Of a stretch of DNA of 64,000 nucleotides, positions 27,452-36,445 are shown one piece after another. Both the position numbers and the translations under genes were made by a program. This DNA is from Burkholderiales bacterium (GTDB lineage: Bacteria > Pseudomonadota > Gammaproteobacteria > Burkholderiales > Burkholderiaceae_C). The notes beneath the pieces are model-generated. The model ran no database searches, was not told the DNA's origin, and saw only the letters and a list, made by a program, of their open reading frames with translations. Numbering within the stretch: position 1 is the first letter of the stretch; the number at the start of each line of letters is the position of its first letter. The stretch spans positions 65,602-129,601 of the forward strand of contig JAECRO010000002.1 of the NCBI GenBank assembly GCA_016000195.1, in the 5' to 3' direction.

Positions 27452-28180
27452 ATGCTGCTTCGCATTCCCCAAGCCCTACCGCCCGACGAACTCGCGCAGG
27501 TGCGCCAGCTGATCCTGCAAGCCGACTGGGCCGATGGCCGCATCACCGCCGGCAGCCAGTCCAGCACCGTCAAGAAAAACCTGCAGTTGCCCGAAGACCT
27601 GCCGGCCGCCCGGCAGGCGCGCCACCTCGTCTCCGTGGCGCTGGCCCGCAACCCGATGTTCGTGACCGGCGCGCTGCCCAAGTCGGTCTATCCGCCGCTG
27701 TTCAACCGCTACGGCGGCGGCGCCGATACCAACCACTTCGGCAACCACATCGACAACGCCGTGCGCACGCATGCCGCCACGGCGCGCCATGTGCGCACCG
27801 ACATTTCCTGCACGCTGTTCCTGAGCGATCCGGCCAGCTACGACGGCGGCGAGCTGGTGGTGCAGGACACCTACGGCGAGCAGCGCATCAAGTTCGAGGC
27901 CGGCGACCTGGTGATGTACCCCGGCACGTCGGTGCATCGCGTCGAGCCGGTCACGCGGGGCGAGCGGCTGGCGTGCTTTTTCTGGATTGAAAGCATGGTT
28001 CGCCAGGATGCCCAGCGCCGGCTCCTGTATGAGATGGACCTGGCCATCACGGCCTTGCGCCAGCAGGCACTGGAGCGCGCCATGCGGGAGCACACCGACG
28101 CGCAGGACATCGAAAGCCCCGAGGTCGTCCGGCTGACCGGCTGCTACCACAACCTGCTGCGCATGTGGGCCGACGTTTGA
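27452..28180 (+). CDS. piuC: Fe(II)/2-oxoglutarate-dependent PKHD-type hydroxylase (PiuC/YbiX-like)
   Basis: [15 protein letters not shown]-terminus, an HIDNA (HxD) motif and [15 protein letters not shown]. Start moved to ATG 27452. Confidence 0.85.
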   Translation: MLLRIPQALPPDELAQVRQLILQADWADGRITAGSQSSTVKKNLQLPEDLPAARQARHLVSVALARNPMFVTGALPKSVYPPLFNRYGGGADTNHFGNHIDNAVRTHAATARHVRTDISCTLFLSDPASYDGGELVVQDTYGEQRIKFEAGDLVMYPGTSVHRVEPVTRGERLACFFWIESMVRQDAQRRLLYEMDLAITALRQQALERAMREHTDAQDIESPEVVRLTGCYHNLLRMWADV

Positions 28181-28218
28181 CCGCCGGTCCGACACCATTT
28201 TATGCATCAAAAAGCCAT

Positions 28219-28265
28219 CTTGCGCAGGTGCCACCTGCACAAGCAGCTATATTTTTAATAGCGCC
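28219..28265 (+). repeat. Short dispersed repeat (SDR family), copy 6
   Basis: CTTGCGCAGGTGcCACCTGCACAAGCAGCTATATTTTTAATAGCGCC. Confidence 0.8.
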
Positions 28266-28417
28266 AGCCGGCAACTCCGGCCATACGTTACGCTTGCGCG
28301 ACAGCCCGGCGAGCACCGGGTTTGCCTGCCACGGGCACGGGGCAAGGCATGGCTTGCCGGGCAGCTTTTGCGGCCAGCCGGCTGCAAATAACTGTCCATG
28401 AGTGAAAAAGGTTTTTG

Positions 28418-28443
28418 TAAATAAGAGCGATTCGCATTTATAC
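28418..28443. promoter_or_regulatory. possible Fur-type operator upstream of bfd
   Basis: The A/T-rich stretch TAAATAAGAGCGATTCGCATTTATA lies about 50 bp before the bfd ATG. The match to the Fur consensus is poor by my alignment. Confidence 0.3.
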
Positions 28444-28490
28444 TGCCGCCACGCCTTCTTTATTCATCAGCCAGCCCATCCATCATCATC

Positions 28491-28724
28491 ATGATCATCT
28501 GTATCTGCCGCCGAATCTCTGACCGGGAAATTGCCCGCCATGCCCATGCCGGCATGGGTTTTGACGACATCCAGTTTGAACTCGGCGTGGCCACCCAGTG
28601 CGGCCGCTGCGAAGGCTGCGCCCGCGACGTGGTGGCGCAATGCAGCGCCACCCGCCCGACCGCCAACGTCTCGCTGGCCACCCTGCCCGCCAAAGGCCCC
28701 GTATGGAACACCCTGGCGCTGTGA
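28491..28724 (+). CDS. bfd: bacterioferritin-associated ferredoxin, (2Fe-2S)-binding
   Basis: MIICICRRISDREI...QCGRCEGC four-Cys pattern. Length 77 aa. Confidence 0.88.
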   Translation: MIICICRRISDREIARHAHAGMGFDDIQFELGVATQCGRCEGCARDVVAQCSATRPTANVSLATLPAKGPVWNTLAL

Positions 28725-28792
28725 TTGCCGCCCTTTGCGTCAGCCTGATCCTGGTGATCGGCTCTGCCTGCTGGATTTTTCGCCGTTGAATC

Positions 28793-29569
28793 ATGACTCA
28801 AGCCATGGCACTCTTGCGCCATGCGCACCTGAACCCCATATCGATGAACGCCACCGCCTTTTCAGACTTTCCCATGCAGCCCCTTGACCTGCCCCGCCCG
28901 CGCCTCAGCCGCAATGCCGCGATTGCGCTGGCCGTGGTGGCGCTGCATGCCGGCCTGATCTGGGCGCTGCAAAGCGGCCTGCTGCTGCGCACGGCGCAAC
29001 TGGTTGTTCCGGTCGAGGTGCTGGCGCAACTGATCGAGCTGCCCGAACCCAAGCCGGAACCCGCTCCGCCTGCCCCGCCCGCGCCGCCAGTGCGGCCCGT
29101 CAAGCCCGCGCCCAGCGTGCAGAAAAAAGCCGCGGCCAAGCCAGCGCCTCAAGCGCAGGCGCAGCCGCTGGCCATTGCCGACCCGACGCCCTCGCCCAAC
29201 GCGCCGACCGGCAGCCTCGCGCCGGCCATTGCGCCCGCCCCCGCCCCGGTGGCCCAGGCGCCCGCCGCCCCGTCAGCGCCGCCAGCCATCCAGCTGCCTT
29301 CGAGCAATGCCGACTACCTGCAAAATCCAAAACCGGCCTATCCCCCGCTCAGCAAGCGGCTCGGCGAACAGGGCAAGGTCATTGTCCGCGTGCTGATTGG
29401 CGCCGATGGCGTGCCGCAAAAAGCCGAGCTTCGCCAGTCCAGCGGCTTTGAGCGCCTGGACCAGGCCGCGCTGGCCGCCGTCCTCAAGTGGCGCTACGTG
29501 CCCGGCAAGCGCGGCGGCGTGGCCGAGGACATGTGGTTCAACGTGCCGATCAATTTTGTTCTTGAATAG
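28793..29569 (+). CDS. tonB: energy transducer TonB
   Basis: N-terminal TM helix, Pro-rich spacer PEPKPEPAPPAPPAPPVRPVKPAP, and C-terminal domain YPPLSKRLGEQGKVIVRVLI...KWRYVPG. An alternative start is ATG 28844. Confidence 0.88.
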   Translation: MTQAMALLRHAHLNPISMNATAFSDFPMQPLDLPRPRLSRNAAIALAVVALHAGLIWALQSGLLLRTAQLVVPVEVLAQLIELPEPKPEPAPPAPPAPPVRPVKPAPSVQKKAAAKPAPQAQAQPLAIADPTPSPNAPTGSLAPAIAPAPAPVAQAPAAPSAPPAIQLPSSNADYLQNPKPAYPPLSKRLGEQGKVIVRVLIGADGVPQKAELRQSSGFERLDQAALAAVLKWRYVPGKRGGVAEDMWFNVPINFVLE

Positions 29570-29589
29570 TTCTCTGGAGTCATTAGAAA

Positions 29590-30318
29590 ATGGAAACCCA
29601 ATTCGGCCTTGCCAATGTCTGGTCGCAAGGCGACATCGTCACCAAAAGCGTTGCGGTGCTGCTGCTGCTCATGTCGCTGGCCTCGTGGATGGTCATCATC
29701 ATCAAGGCCCTGGACGTGCGCCGGCTCTCGGCCCAGGCCAGGGCCACCGAAAGCTTCTGGCACAGCGCCGACTTTGCCGACGGCCTGGCCAAGTTCGGCG
29801 CCGATGCGGCCAACCCGTTTCGCCTGCTGGCCCTTGAAGGACGCGAGGCCACGGCCCATGTGCTGCACAAGGACGGCAACGCCAGGCCGCAGTTGCATGA
29901 CGCGCTGGACCTGAGCGAATGGGTCACGCGCAGCCTGCGCAACTCGATTGACGACATCAGCGCCAGGATGCAGTCCGGCCTGGCCGTGCTGGCCTCGGTC
30001 GGCTCCACCGCGCCCTTCGTCGGCCTGTTCGGCACGGTCTGGGGCATCTACCATGCGCTGCTGGCGATTGGCCTGAACGGCCAGGCGAGCATCGACAAGG
30101 TGGCCGGCCCGGTCGGCGAGTCCCTGATCATGACCGCGCTGGGCCTGGCGGTCGCCATTCCCGCCGTGCTGGGCTACAACGCCCTGGTGCGCGGCAACAA
30201 GTCGGTCAGCGGCAAGCTCAACCGCTTCGCCCATGACCTGCATGCCTATTTCGTGACGGGCGCCCGGGTGAGCGGTCCCGGTGCGGCCAATGTTCTCGCC
30301 ATGAGAAAAGGGAGCTGA
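29590..30318 (+). CDS. exbB: MotA/TolQ/ExbB proton-channel protein
   Basis: Three TM segments and the GLFGTVWGI motif. Located between tonB and exbD. Confidence 0.88.
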   Translation: METQFGLANVWSQGDIVTKSVAVLLLLMSLASWMVIIIKALDVRRLSAQARATESFWHSADFADGLAKFGADAANPFRLLALEGREATAHVLHKDGNARPQLHDALDLSEWVTRSLRNSIDDISARMQSGLAVLASVGSTAPFVGLFGTVWGIYHALLAIGLNGQASIDKVAGPVGESLIMTALGLAVAIPAVLGYNALVRGNKSVSGKLNRFAHDLHAYFVTGARVSGPGAANVLAMRKGS

Positions 30319-30320
30319 GC

Positions 30321-30731
30321 ATGGCCTTCGGAACCCAGGACGACACCGATGAGGTGATGAACGAGATCAACATGACGCCGCTGGTCGATGTCATGCTGGT
30401 GCTGCTCATCATCTTCATCATCACCGTGCCGGTCATGAAGCATTCCATCAACATCGACCTGCCGCGCGCCAGCAGCGAGCAGCAGGTCATCAAGCCGGAA
30501 ACGGTCCGGCTCAGCGTCGATGCCGAAGGCAGCTATTACCTTGACGACGCCAAAATCACCGACGAAGAGCTGGCGCCCAGGCTGAAAGCGGCTGCCGCCC
30601 GAAAACCGCAGCCCGACCTGCACATCCGGGGCGACAAGGCCGTCCGCTACGAGCGCGTGGCGCAAGCCATGGCAGCGGCGCAGCAAGCCGGCCTGCGCAA
30701 GATCGGCTTCATCACCGAACCGAAGAACTGA
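30321..30731 (+). CDS. exbD: biopolymer transporter ExbD
   Basis: INMTPLVDVMLVLLIIFIIT N-terminal TM motif. Length 136 aa. Confidence 0.88.
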   Translation: MAFGTQDDTDEVMNEINMTPLVDVMLVLLIIFIITVPVMKHSINIDLPRASSEQQVIKPETVRLSVDAEGSYYLDDAKITDEELAPRLKAAAARKPQPDLHIRGDKAVRYERVAQAMAAAQQAGLRKIGFITEPKN

Positions 30732-30742
30732 GGCCAAGCACC

Positions 30743-30976
30743 ATGTCCCAAGCGCAACCCCATGCCAGCCGCGCCAGCCAGCCAGCGGCCTCGGTCGCGA
30801 ACGACCTGCCGGCCGCAGCCGACCCGGCTTCAAACCTCCGGTCGGCCGACAGCCGCCCCGGCTGCGTGGACAGCACCGACCTGTTGCGCGGTCAAAAAGC
30901 GGTGGAAATCAGCCACAACGGCTCGACCTACCGCCTGCAGGCCACGCGCCTGGGCAAACTGATCCTGACCAAGTAA
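30743..30976 (+). CDS. hemP: hemin-uptake protein HemP
   Basis: C-terminal STDLLRGQKAVEISHNGSTYRLQATRLGKLILTK signature. Confidence 0.8.
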   Translation: MSQAQPHASRASQPAASVANDLPAAADPASNLRSADSRPGCVDSTDLLRGQKAVEISHNGSTYRLQATRLGKLILTK

Positions 30977-31131
30977 TCCAGCCGCAAAAAAGGCTGCACA
31001 GCGCCAATTCAACAGTTTCATCGTGGGACGGCCTCCAGGTCGTTTTGGCCAGCCACGGACCTTTACCGGGTCGAATAGCCAGGCTTTTTTAGGCATTTCC
31101 AGAGCGCTGCGGACACGTCGCCGATAAACGC

Positions 31132-31161
31132 AAAAAGCCGGCGCCCAAGCGCCGGCTTTTT
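31132..31161. terminator. bidirectional Rho-independent terminator
   Basis: AAAAA-GCCGGCGC-ccaa-GCGCCGGC-TTTTT. Confidence 0.8.
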
Positions 31162-31193
31162 GCGTCAGGCCGTGGCGCCTGATCAATGCAGAA

Positions 31194-31601
31194 TTACAAG
31201 CCGATGGCGGCAATGCCTGCACGCGCAATCTGCGCATCCTCGGTGGACTTCACGCCGCTCACGCCGACCGCGCCGATGCACTGGCCATCCTTGACGATGG
31301 GCACGCCGCCTTCGAGCATGCCCTGGACATAAGGCGCCGACAGGAAGGACGTGCGGCCACCATTGATGACATCCTCATACGATTTGCTCTCGCGCCGGCC
31401 CATGGCGGCGGTGTTGGCCTTGGCCGGTGCAATGTGGGCCGACAGGGCCGCCGCGCCATCAAGGCGCTGCAGGTGCAGCAAATGGCCGCCGTCGTCGACG
31501 ATGGCAATGGTCACGGCCCAGTTGTTTTTCAGGGCTTCGGCCTCGGCGGCGGCGGCGATGATTTTGATGTCGGCCTGTTCAAGCACGGCTTTGGTTTTCA
31601 T
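31194..31601 (-). CDS. GlcG/HbpS-like heme-binding protein (DUF336)
   Basis: WAVTIAIVDDGGHLLHLQRLDGA and GGVPIVKDGQCIGAVGVSG motifs. Confidence 0.8.
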   Translation of the reverse strand: MKTKAVLEQADIKIIAAAAEAEALKNNWAVTIAIVDDGGHLLHLQRLDGAAALSAHIAPAKANTAAMGRRESKSYEDVINGGRTSFLSAPYVQGMLEGGVPIVKDGQCIGAVGVSGVKSTEDAQIARAGIAAIGL

Positions 31602-31662
31602 GGCGGTTCAATTCTTTCTGGCTGGAGGGGAAGGAGGTCAAGCATACGCAAATTTTGAACGC

Positions 31663-31717
31663 CTTACGCGCAGCGATTGCCTGCAAATGGACTTATAGAA
31701 CCCTTACAAATAGTAGG
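31663..31717 (+). repeat. Short dispersed repeat (SDR family), degenerate copy
   Basis: CTTACGCGcagcgattgccTGCAAATGGACTTATAGAAcccttACAAATAGTAGG. It has the family layout but with substitutions and a small insertion. Confidence 0.45.
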
Positions 31718-31807
31718 AGCTGGGGCTGGCCGCTTGCTTGAAAAAACGGGCAAGACCCCTAAAATGGAAGCGTTGCCTGCCTTCGCGGGCTCTATGGAGA
31801 GGAAATT

Positions 31808-32500
31808 ATGTCTGACAACGTTCAACGCTTCGGCTATGCCGGCCTGGCGAATTCGGCCGAGCAGCGCAACAAGGTCATGCGCAACACCTACTGGCTGCTG
31901 GCCCTGAGCATGCTGCCGACGATTGCGGGCGCCTGGCTGGGCGTGGCCACCGGCATCACGCAGGCGCTGGGCGGCGGGCTGGGCCTGATCGTTTTCCTGG
32001 GCGGCGCCTTCGGCTTCATGTACGCCATTGAAAAGACCAAGGACTCGGCGGCCGGCGTTCCGGTGCTGCTGGGCTTTACCTTCTTCATGGGCCTGATGCT
32101 GTCGCGCATGATCGGCATGATCCTGGGCTTCAGCAACGGCTCGCAGCTGATCATGACGGCCATGGGCGGCACGGCTGGCGTGTTTGCCGTCATGGCGACG
32201 CTGGCCAGCGTGATCAAGCGCGACATTTCCGGCATGGGCAAATGGCTGTTCGTCGGCGCACTGGTCGTGATGGTGGGCTCCATCGTCAACGTCTTCGTCG
32301 GCTCCACGGCCGGCATGATGGCGATTTCAGTCGCGGTGATCGGCATTTTCAGCGCCTACATGCTGTATGACCTGAAGCAGATCCTGGACGGCGGCGAAAC
32401 CAACTACATCCGCGCCACGCTGGCCCTGTACCTGGACCTGTTCAACGTGTTCCAGGCGCTGCTGGCCCTGCTCGGCATCATGGGCGGCGAACGCGATTAA
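31808..32500 (+). CDS. Bax inhibitor-1/YccA family membrane protein
   Basis: Seven TM segments and an N-terminal RNTYWLLALSML motif. Ribosome-binding site GGAGAGGA. Confidence 0.85.
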   Translation: MSDNVQRFGYAGLANSAEQRNKVMRNTYWLLALSMLPTIAGAWLGVATGITQALGGGLGLIVFLGGAFGFMYAIEKTKDSAAGVPVLLGFTFFMGLMLSRMIGMILGFSNGSQLIMTAMGGTAGVFAVMATLASVIKRDISGMGKWLFVGALVVMVGSIVNVFVGSTAGMMAISVAVIGIFSAYMLYDLKQILDGGETNYIRATLALYLDLFNVFQALLALLGIMGGERD

Positions 32501-32516
32501 CGCTTTGCTGCTTCAA

Positions 32517-32544
32517 TGAAAAAGGGCCTTGATGGCCCTTTTTT
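32517..32544. terminator. bidirectional terminator between convergent genes
   Basis: AAAAA-GGGCC-ttgat-GGCCC-TTTTTT. Confidence 0.75.
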
Positions 32545-32564
32545 CATGCGTGTCCAGCAATCGA

Positions 32565-34034
32565 CTACACGCGTTCGAACACCGCCATCGACTCCACATG
32601 CGCCGTGTGCGGGAACATGTTGACCACGCCGGCCGCCGTGCAGCGGTAGCCGCCGCCCTCGACCAGCACGCCCGCATCGCGCGCCAGCGTCGCAGGGTTG
32701 CAGCTCACATAGACGATGCGGCGGGGCAGCGTCCAGCCGTCCAGCGCCAGGCTTTGCTGGTGCATGCCGTCGTCGCACGGCACGCCGGTGACAATTTGCT
32801 GGTGCAGCGCGGCCAGCGACTTGAACAGCTCGAACGCGCCTTCGCGCGGCGGATCGACCAGCCATTTTTCGGCCGCGCCGTCCCTGACGAGCATGGCCGG
32901 CGTCATCTCGAACAGGTTTCTTGCTACAAATTTTGTAGCTGCCAGTGCAGGACGGATGTGCGATGCCGGCCTGTTTCGTTCATAATTTTCGCGTGAACGG
33001 GCAACCAGCACCTCGCTGCCTTCAATGCCCAGCACTTCGCGCGCCTTGGTGGCCAGCGGCAGCGTGAAATTGCCCAGTCCGCAAAACCAGTCAATCACCC
33101 GCTCGGTCGGCTGCACACCCAGCAGGCGCAGCGCGCGCGACACCAGCACCTGGTTGATGTGCGGGTTGACCTGGGTGAAGTCGGTCGGCTTGAACGGCAT
33201 GAGCACGCCGAACTCGGGCAGGCCGTAGCTCAGTTCCTGCACCGCGCCGTCGAGCAGCTTGACGCTATCGAGCCCGCCCGACTGCACCCACCACTGCACG
33301 CCCGCATGGGCGGCGGCAAAGGCGCGCAGCCGGGCCAGGTCGGCCGCGCTGAGCGGCTCCATGTGGCGCAGCACCATTGCCGTCACCTCGTCGCCGCAGG
33401 CCAGTTCGATCTGCGGAATGGTTTCCCGGGCGTCCATGCTGCTGATCAGCCCGCGCAGCGGCACCAGCAGGTCGCTCACATGCAGCGGCAGCACATGGCA
33501 TTCGCTCATGTCGGTCACATAGGCGCTCTTGCGCTCATGAAAACCGACCAGCGCCTCGCCCTTCTTGCGCACATAGCGCACCGACAGGCGGGCGCGGTAG
33601 CGGTAGCGCCAGGCCGGCCCTTCAATCGGCCTGAGCAGGTTGTCGGCCTTGACCTTGCCGATGAAGCGCAGGTTGTCTTCGAGCACGCGCTGCTTGACGG
33701 CAACCTGCGCGCCGCTGTGCAGGTGCTGCATCTTGCAGCCGCCGCAAGCGCCGGTATGCATGCCGAAATGCGGGCAGGCCGGCCGCACGCGCTGCGACGA
33801 CTCGTGGTAGATCGCCGTCAGGGTGGCTTTTTCAAAGCTGCTTTTCTTGCGGTACACGTTGGCCGTCACCTGCTCGAAAGGCAGTGCGCCCTCAATGAAC
33901 ACGACCTTGCCATCGGCGCGGTGGGCAATGCCCTGGGCCTCGATGTCGAGGGACTCGACGGTGAGCAGATCAAGCGGGTACTCTGCGGGTACGGGCGCTG
34001 GCTGAATAGGGTGTTCTTGCGTCATTTCGGTCAT
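32565..34034 (-). CDS. rlmD: 23S rRNA (uracil1939-C5)-methyltransferase
   Basis: Start moved to MTEMTQEHP (complement 34032-34034). TRAM domain, Fe-S cluster Cys residues [21 protein letters not shown] motifs [14 protein letters not shown] and LVDPPREGA. Confidence 0.88.
   Translation of the reverse strand: MTEMTQEHPIQPAPVPAEYPLDLLTVESLDIEAQGIAHRADGKVVFIEGALPFEQVTANVYRKKSSFEKATLTAIYHESSQRVRPACPHFGMHTGACGGCKMQHLHSGAQVAVKQRVLEDNLRFIGKVKADNLLRPIEGPAWRYRYRARLSVRYVRKKGEALVGFHERKSAYVTDMSECHVLPLHVSDLLVPLRGLISSMDARETIPQIELACGDEVTAMVLRHMEPLSAADLARLRAFAAAHAGVQWWVQSGGLDSVKLLDGAVQELSYGLPEFGVLMPFKPTDFTQVNPHINQVLVSRALRLLGVQPTERVIDWFCGLGNFTLPLATKAREVLGIEGSEVLVARSRENYERNRPASHIRPALAATKFVARNLFEMTPAMLVRDGAAEKWLVDPPREGAFELFKSLAALHQQIVTGVPCDDGMHQQSLALDGWTLPRRIVYVSCNPATLARDAGVLVEGGGYRCTAAGVVNMFPHTAHVESMAVFERV
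32921..32965 (-). repeat. Short dispersed repeat (SDR family), diverged copy inside the rlmD CDS
   Basis: Reverse complement reads TCGCACAtccgtccTGCACTGGCAGCTACAAAATTTGTAGCAA. It is translated in rlmD as ...[15 protein letters not shown]... Confidence 0.5.
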
Positions 34035-34121
34035 GCCGCATTGTCTCAGGCCGAATTGCCATTTCATGGACACAACACAGCTCAGGTATGCTTTAGACAC
34101 TGCATTTTCCGATCTCACGCC

Positions 34122-35285
34122 ATGAAAACCAAGCCGCCAGCCCCAAACAGATTGAACCCCAAGAATGACCGTATTGTTCTGGTGCTCCAGGGCGGTGGCG
34201 CGCTCGGCGCCTACCAGGCAGGGGTCTTTCATGCGCTGGATGAACATGATCTGATGCCGGACTGGGTGGTGGGAACGTCGATCGGCGCAATCAACGCGGC
34301 CATTATTGCCGGCAACGACAAACCCACACGCATGAAGCGTCTCAAGGAGTTCTGGGATCGCGTTTCGCACACGGACTGCATCGACATGGAAAAAATTCCG
34401 GATCAGGCGCGGCGGTTCAATATCAATTTATCCACCCTCGATACCGTGGCGCAGGGCGTGCCGGGCTTTTTCGCGCCGCGCCTGATCAACCCGTTCGCCG
34501 TCGGTTTTGCGGTGGCTCCCGAACAGGCAAGTTTTTACGACACCAGCCCATTGAGTGACACGCTCAAGGATCTGGTGGATTTCGCATATCTCAATGCGGA
34601 CGGCGCAACGCGCTTGACGGTTAATGCGATGCAGGTCAAAAGCGGCCAGCTGGCCAGTTTTGACAGTGCAAAGCAAACCATCGGTGTTGAACACATCATG
34701 GCAAGCGGCGCATTGCCGCCCGGCTTTCCTCCGGTGCGCGTGGATGGCGAACTGTACTGGGATGGCGGTCTATATTCCAACACGCCGCTCGAATCAGTGC
34801 TCGACGACAAGTCGTATGTTGATACCTTGTGTTTCATGGTCGATTTATGGAGTCCCGGCGGGCCGGAACCCAGGACTTTTGATGAAGTGCAAACGCGCCA
34901 AAAAGACGTGATGTTTGCATCCCGCACCAAGCGCCACATCGAAACTTACATACAGAACCAAAAGTTGCAGCACACCTTGCGCAAGTTGTACCAGCAATTG
35001 CCGGAAAAACTTAAAAGCGAGATCCAGCCGGATATGCTGCCCGCCATGGGAGCCGACAACACCCTGCACATCGTGCAGCTATCCTATGCCGGACGGGACT
35101 GGGGCATGGCATCGAAAGACATCAATTTCTCCAGGGGCTCGATTGAATGGCGCTGGGACCAGGGCTATCAGGACACAAAACGCGCAATCGAACAGGCGGG
35201 ATGGCTTTCTTTCATATCGGAAGATACAGCCCTGGTGGTGCATGAAGTCGCCCCCTATGTTTTTGAAAAAACCATCAAAAAGTGA
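34122..35285 (+). CDS. patatin-like phospholipase
   Basis: Start at ATG 34122 (MKTKPPAP). Oxyanion hole [13 protein letters not shown], nucleophile GTSIGA, and a DGG catalytic Asp motif ([11 protein letters not shown]). Confidence 0.85.
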   Translation: MKTKPPAPNRLNPKNDRIVLVLQGGGALGAYQAGVFHALDEHDLMPDWVVGTSIGAINAAIIAGNDKPTRMKRLKEFWDRVSHTDCIDMEKIPDQARRFNINLSTLDTVAQGVPGFFAPRLINPFAVGFAVAPEQASFYDTSPLSDTLKDLVDFAYLNADGATRLTVNAMQVKSGQLASFDSAKQTIGVEHIMASGALPPGFPPVRVDGELYWDGGLYSNTPLESVLDDKSYVDTLCFMVDLWSPGGPEPRTFDEVQTRQKDVMFASRTKRHIETYIQNQKLQHTLRKLYQQLPEKLKSEIQPDMLPAMGADNTLHIVQLSYAGRDWGMASKDINFSRGSIEWRWDQGYQDTKRAIEQAGWLSFISEDTALVVHEVAPYVFEKTIKK

Positions 35286-35329
35286 CGCCGGGCCCGAAAC
35301 CCGGCCCGAAACAACCCGGCAGAGTCATC

Positions 35330-35368
35330 AAAAAAGGGAGTTCCGCTTGCGCGGAACTCCCTTTTTTT
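35330..35368. terminator. bidirectional Rho-independent terminator
   Basis: AAAAAA-GGGAGTTCCGC-ttgc-GCGGAACTCCC-TTTTTTT, between the convergent patatin and nlpD genes. Confidence 0.9.
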
Positions 35369-35382
35369 CCAGTGCCAGCCGC

Positions 35383-36294
35383 TTACCTGGCGGGCAGGTA
35401 CTTGGCCGGATCGACCGGCTTGCCCTGGCGGCGGATTTCAAAATGCAGCTTGACCTTGTCCGCATCGCTGTTGCCCATTTCGGCAATCTTCTGGCCTTTC
35501 TTGACGGTCTGGTCTTCCTTGACCAGCAAAGTCTTGTTGTGCGCGTAGGCGGTCAGGAAGGTGTTGTTGTGCTTGAGGATGATCAGGTTGCCGTAGCCCC
35601 GCAGGCCGGCCCCCGAATACACCACGCGGCCGTCGGCGGACGCCACCACGGGGTCGCCGGATTTGCCTGAAATATCCAGGCCCTTGTTCTTGGCCTCGTC
35701 GAAGCCGCCCACCAGCGTGCCCTGGGCCGGCCAGATCCAGCCAACGTCTTCGTCGCTGCCCGTGGCGGCCGGCGGCGGTACGGAACCATTGCCGTTGACC
35801 GGGGCTGAAGCCGCGCGCGCGGCGCTGGCAGCCTGGGCAGCAGGCGTTCCGGCGGAACCCGGCAGCACCGGCCGGGTAACGACCTGGGCGCCATCGGTGG
35901 CGGGCGGTATGACGCGCAGCACTTGCCCGACTTCGATCAGGTTGGGGTTTTCCAGGCTGTTCCAGCGGGCAATGTCGCGCCAGTTCTGGCCGTTTTCCAG
36001 GCCGATGCGGATCATGGTGTCGCCGGGCTTGACCATGTAGTAGCCGGGTTTTCCGGCGTTTTCAGCGCCGGGCAGCGGTTTGGCGGCATCGCCGCCGGAA
36101 GCCGGGCGGGACAGGCCTGTGCCACGATCTTCGACGGGGGCGCTGTTCAGCGTGCGTGAGCCGCAGCCGACGGCCAGCAGCAGGGCTGCGGCCAGGGCGC
36201 AGGGCAGCGCCAGGGCGGAAGTCCAGCGGGTGCGCGTGTGGGGTCGGGAAGCAGGAAGTGACTCCATGCTGTGTGACCAGGTGCTTTTACTCAT
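35383..36294 (-). CDS. nlpD: LysM + M23 peptidoglycan metalloendopeptidase lipoprotein
   Basis: Lipobox LLLAVGCG, LysM segment YMVKPGDTMIRIGLENG, and M23 motifs HNNTFLTAYAHN and LHFEIR. AAGGA ribosome-binding site 6 nt before the ATG. Confidence 0.88.
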   Translation of the reverse strand: MSKSTWSHSMESLPASRPHTRTRWTSALALPCALAAALLLAVGCGSRTLNSAPVEDRGTGLSRPASGGDAAKPLPGAENAGKPGYYMVKPGDTMIRIGLENGQNWRDIARWNSLENPNLIEVGQVLRVIPPATDGAQVVTRPVLPGSAGTPAAQAASAARAASAPVNGNGSVPPPAATGSDEDVGWIWPAQGTLVGGFDEAKNKGLDISGKSGDPVVASADGRVVYSGAGLRGYGNLIILKHNNTFLTAYAHNKTLLVKEDQTVKKGQKIAEMGNSDADKVKLHFEIRRQGKPVDPAKYLPAR

Positions 36295-36312
36295 TGATTC
36301 CTTCTTCTTTAG

Positions 36313-36390
36313 GACTTACGCAAATAAGGATGCCACGACGGTACCTGCCTTTGTGGCAGGCGGCTTGCCTGGGCCTGTTTTGCGTAAGTC
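36313..36390 (-). other. nested inverted-repeat structure in the pcm-nlpD spacer
   Basis: The outer 12-bp arms GACTTACGCAAA and TTTGCGTAAGTC enclose an inner hairpin CCTGCC-tttgt-GGCAGG (36344-36360). Confidence 0.6.
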
Positions 36391-36445
36391 ATGTTCTTTA
36401 ACCTTAACCATTGCCTGATGCGGGCCGCCAGTGGCAGGCCCCAGC

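Noticed and set aside
33159-34121. N-terminal 320 aa of the 708-aa ORF 33159..35285
   Set aside because: This part is antisense to rlmD. Patatin homology (GGGxxG oxyanion hole) begins right after the internal ATG at 34122.
34122-35285. Patatin-like lipase as a CBASS or other defence effector
   Set aside because: There is no cyclase, sensor or other defence gene nearby. It lies between rlmD and nlpD in a housekeeping context.
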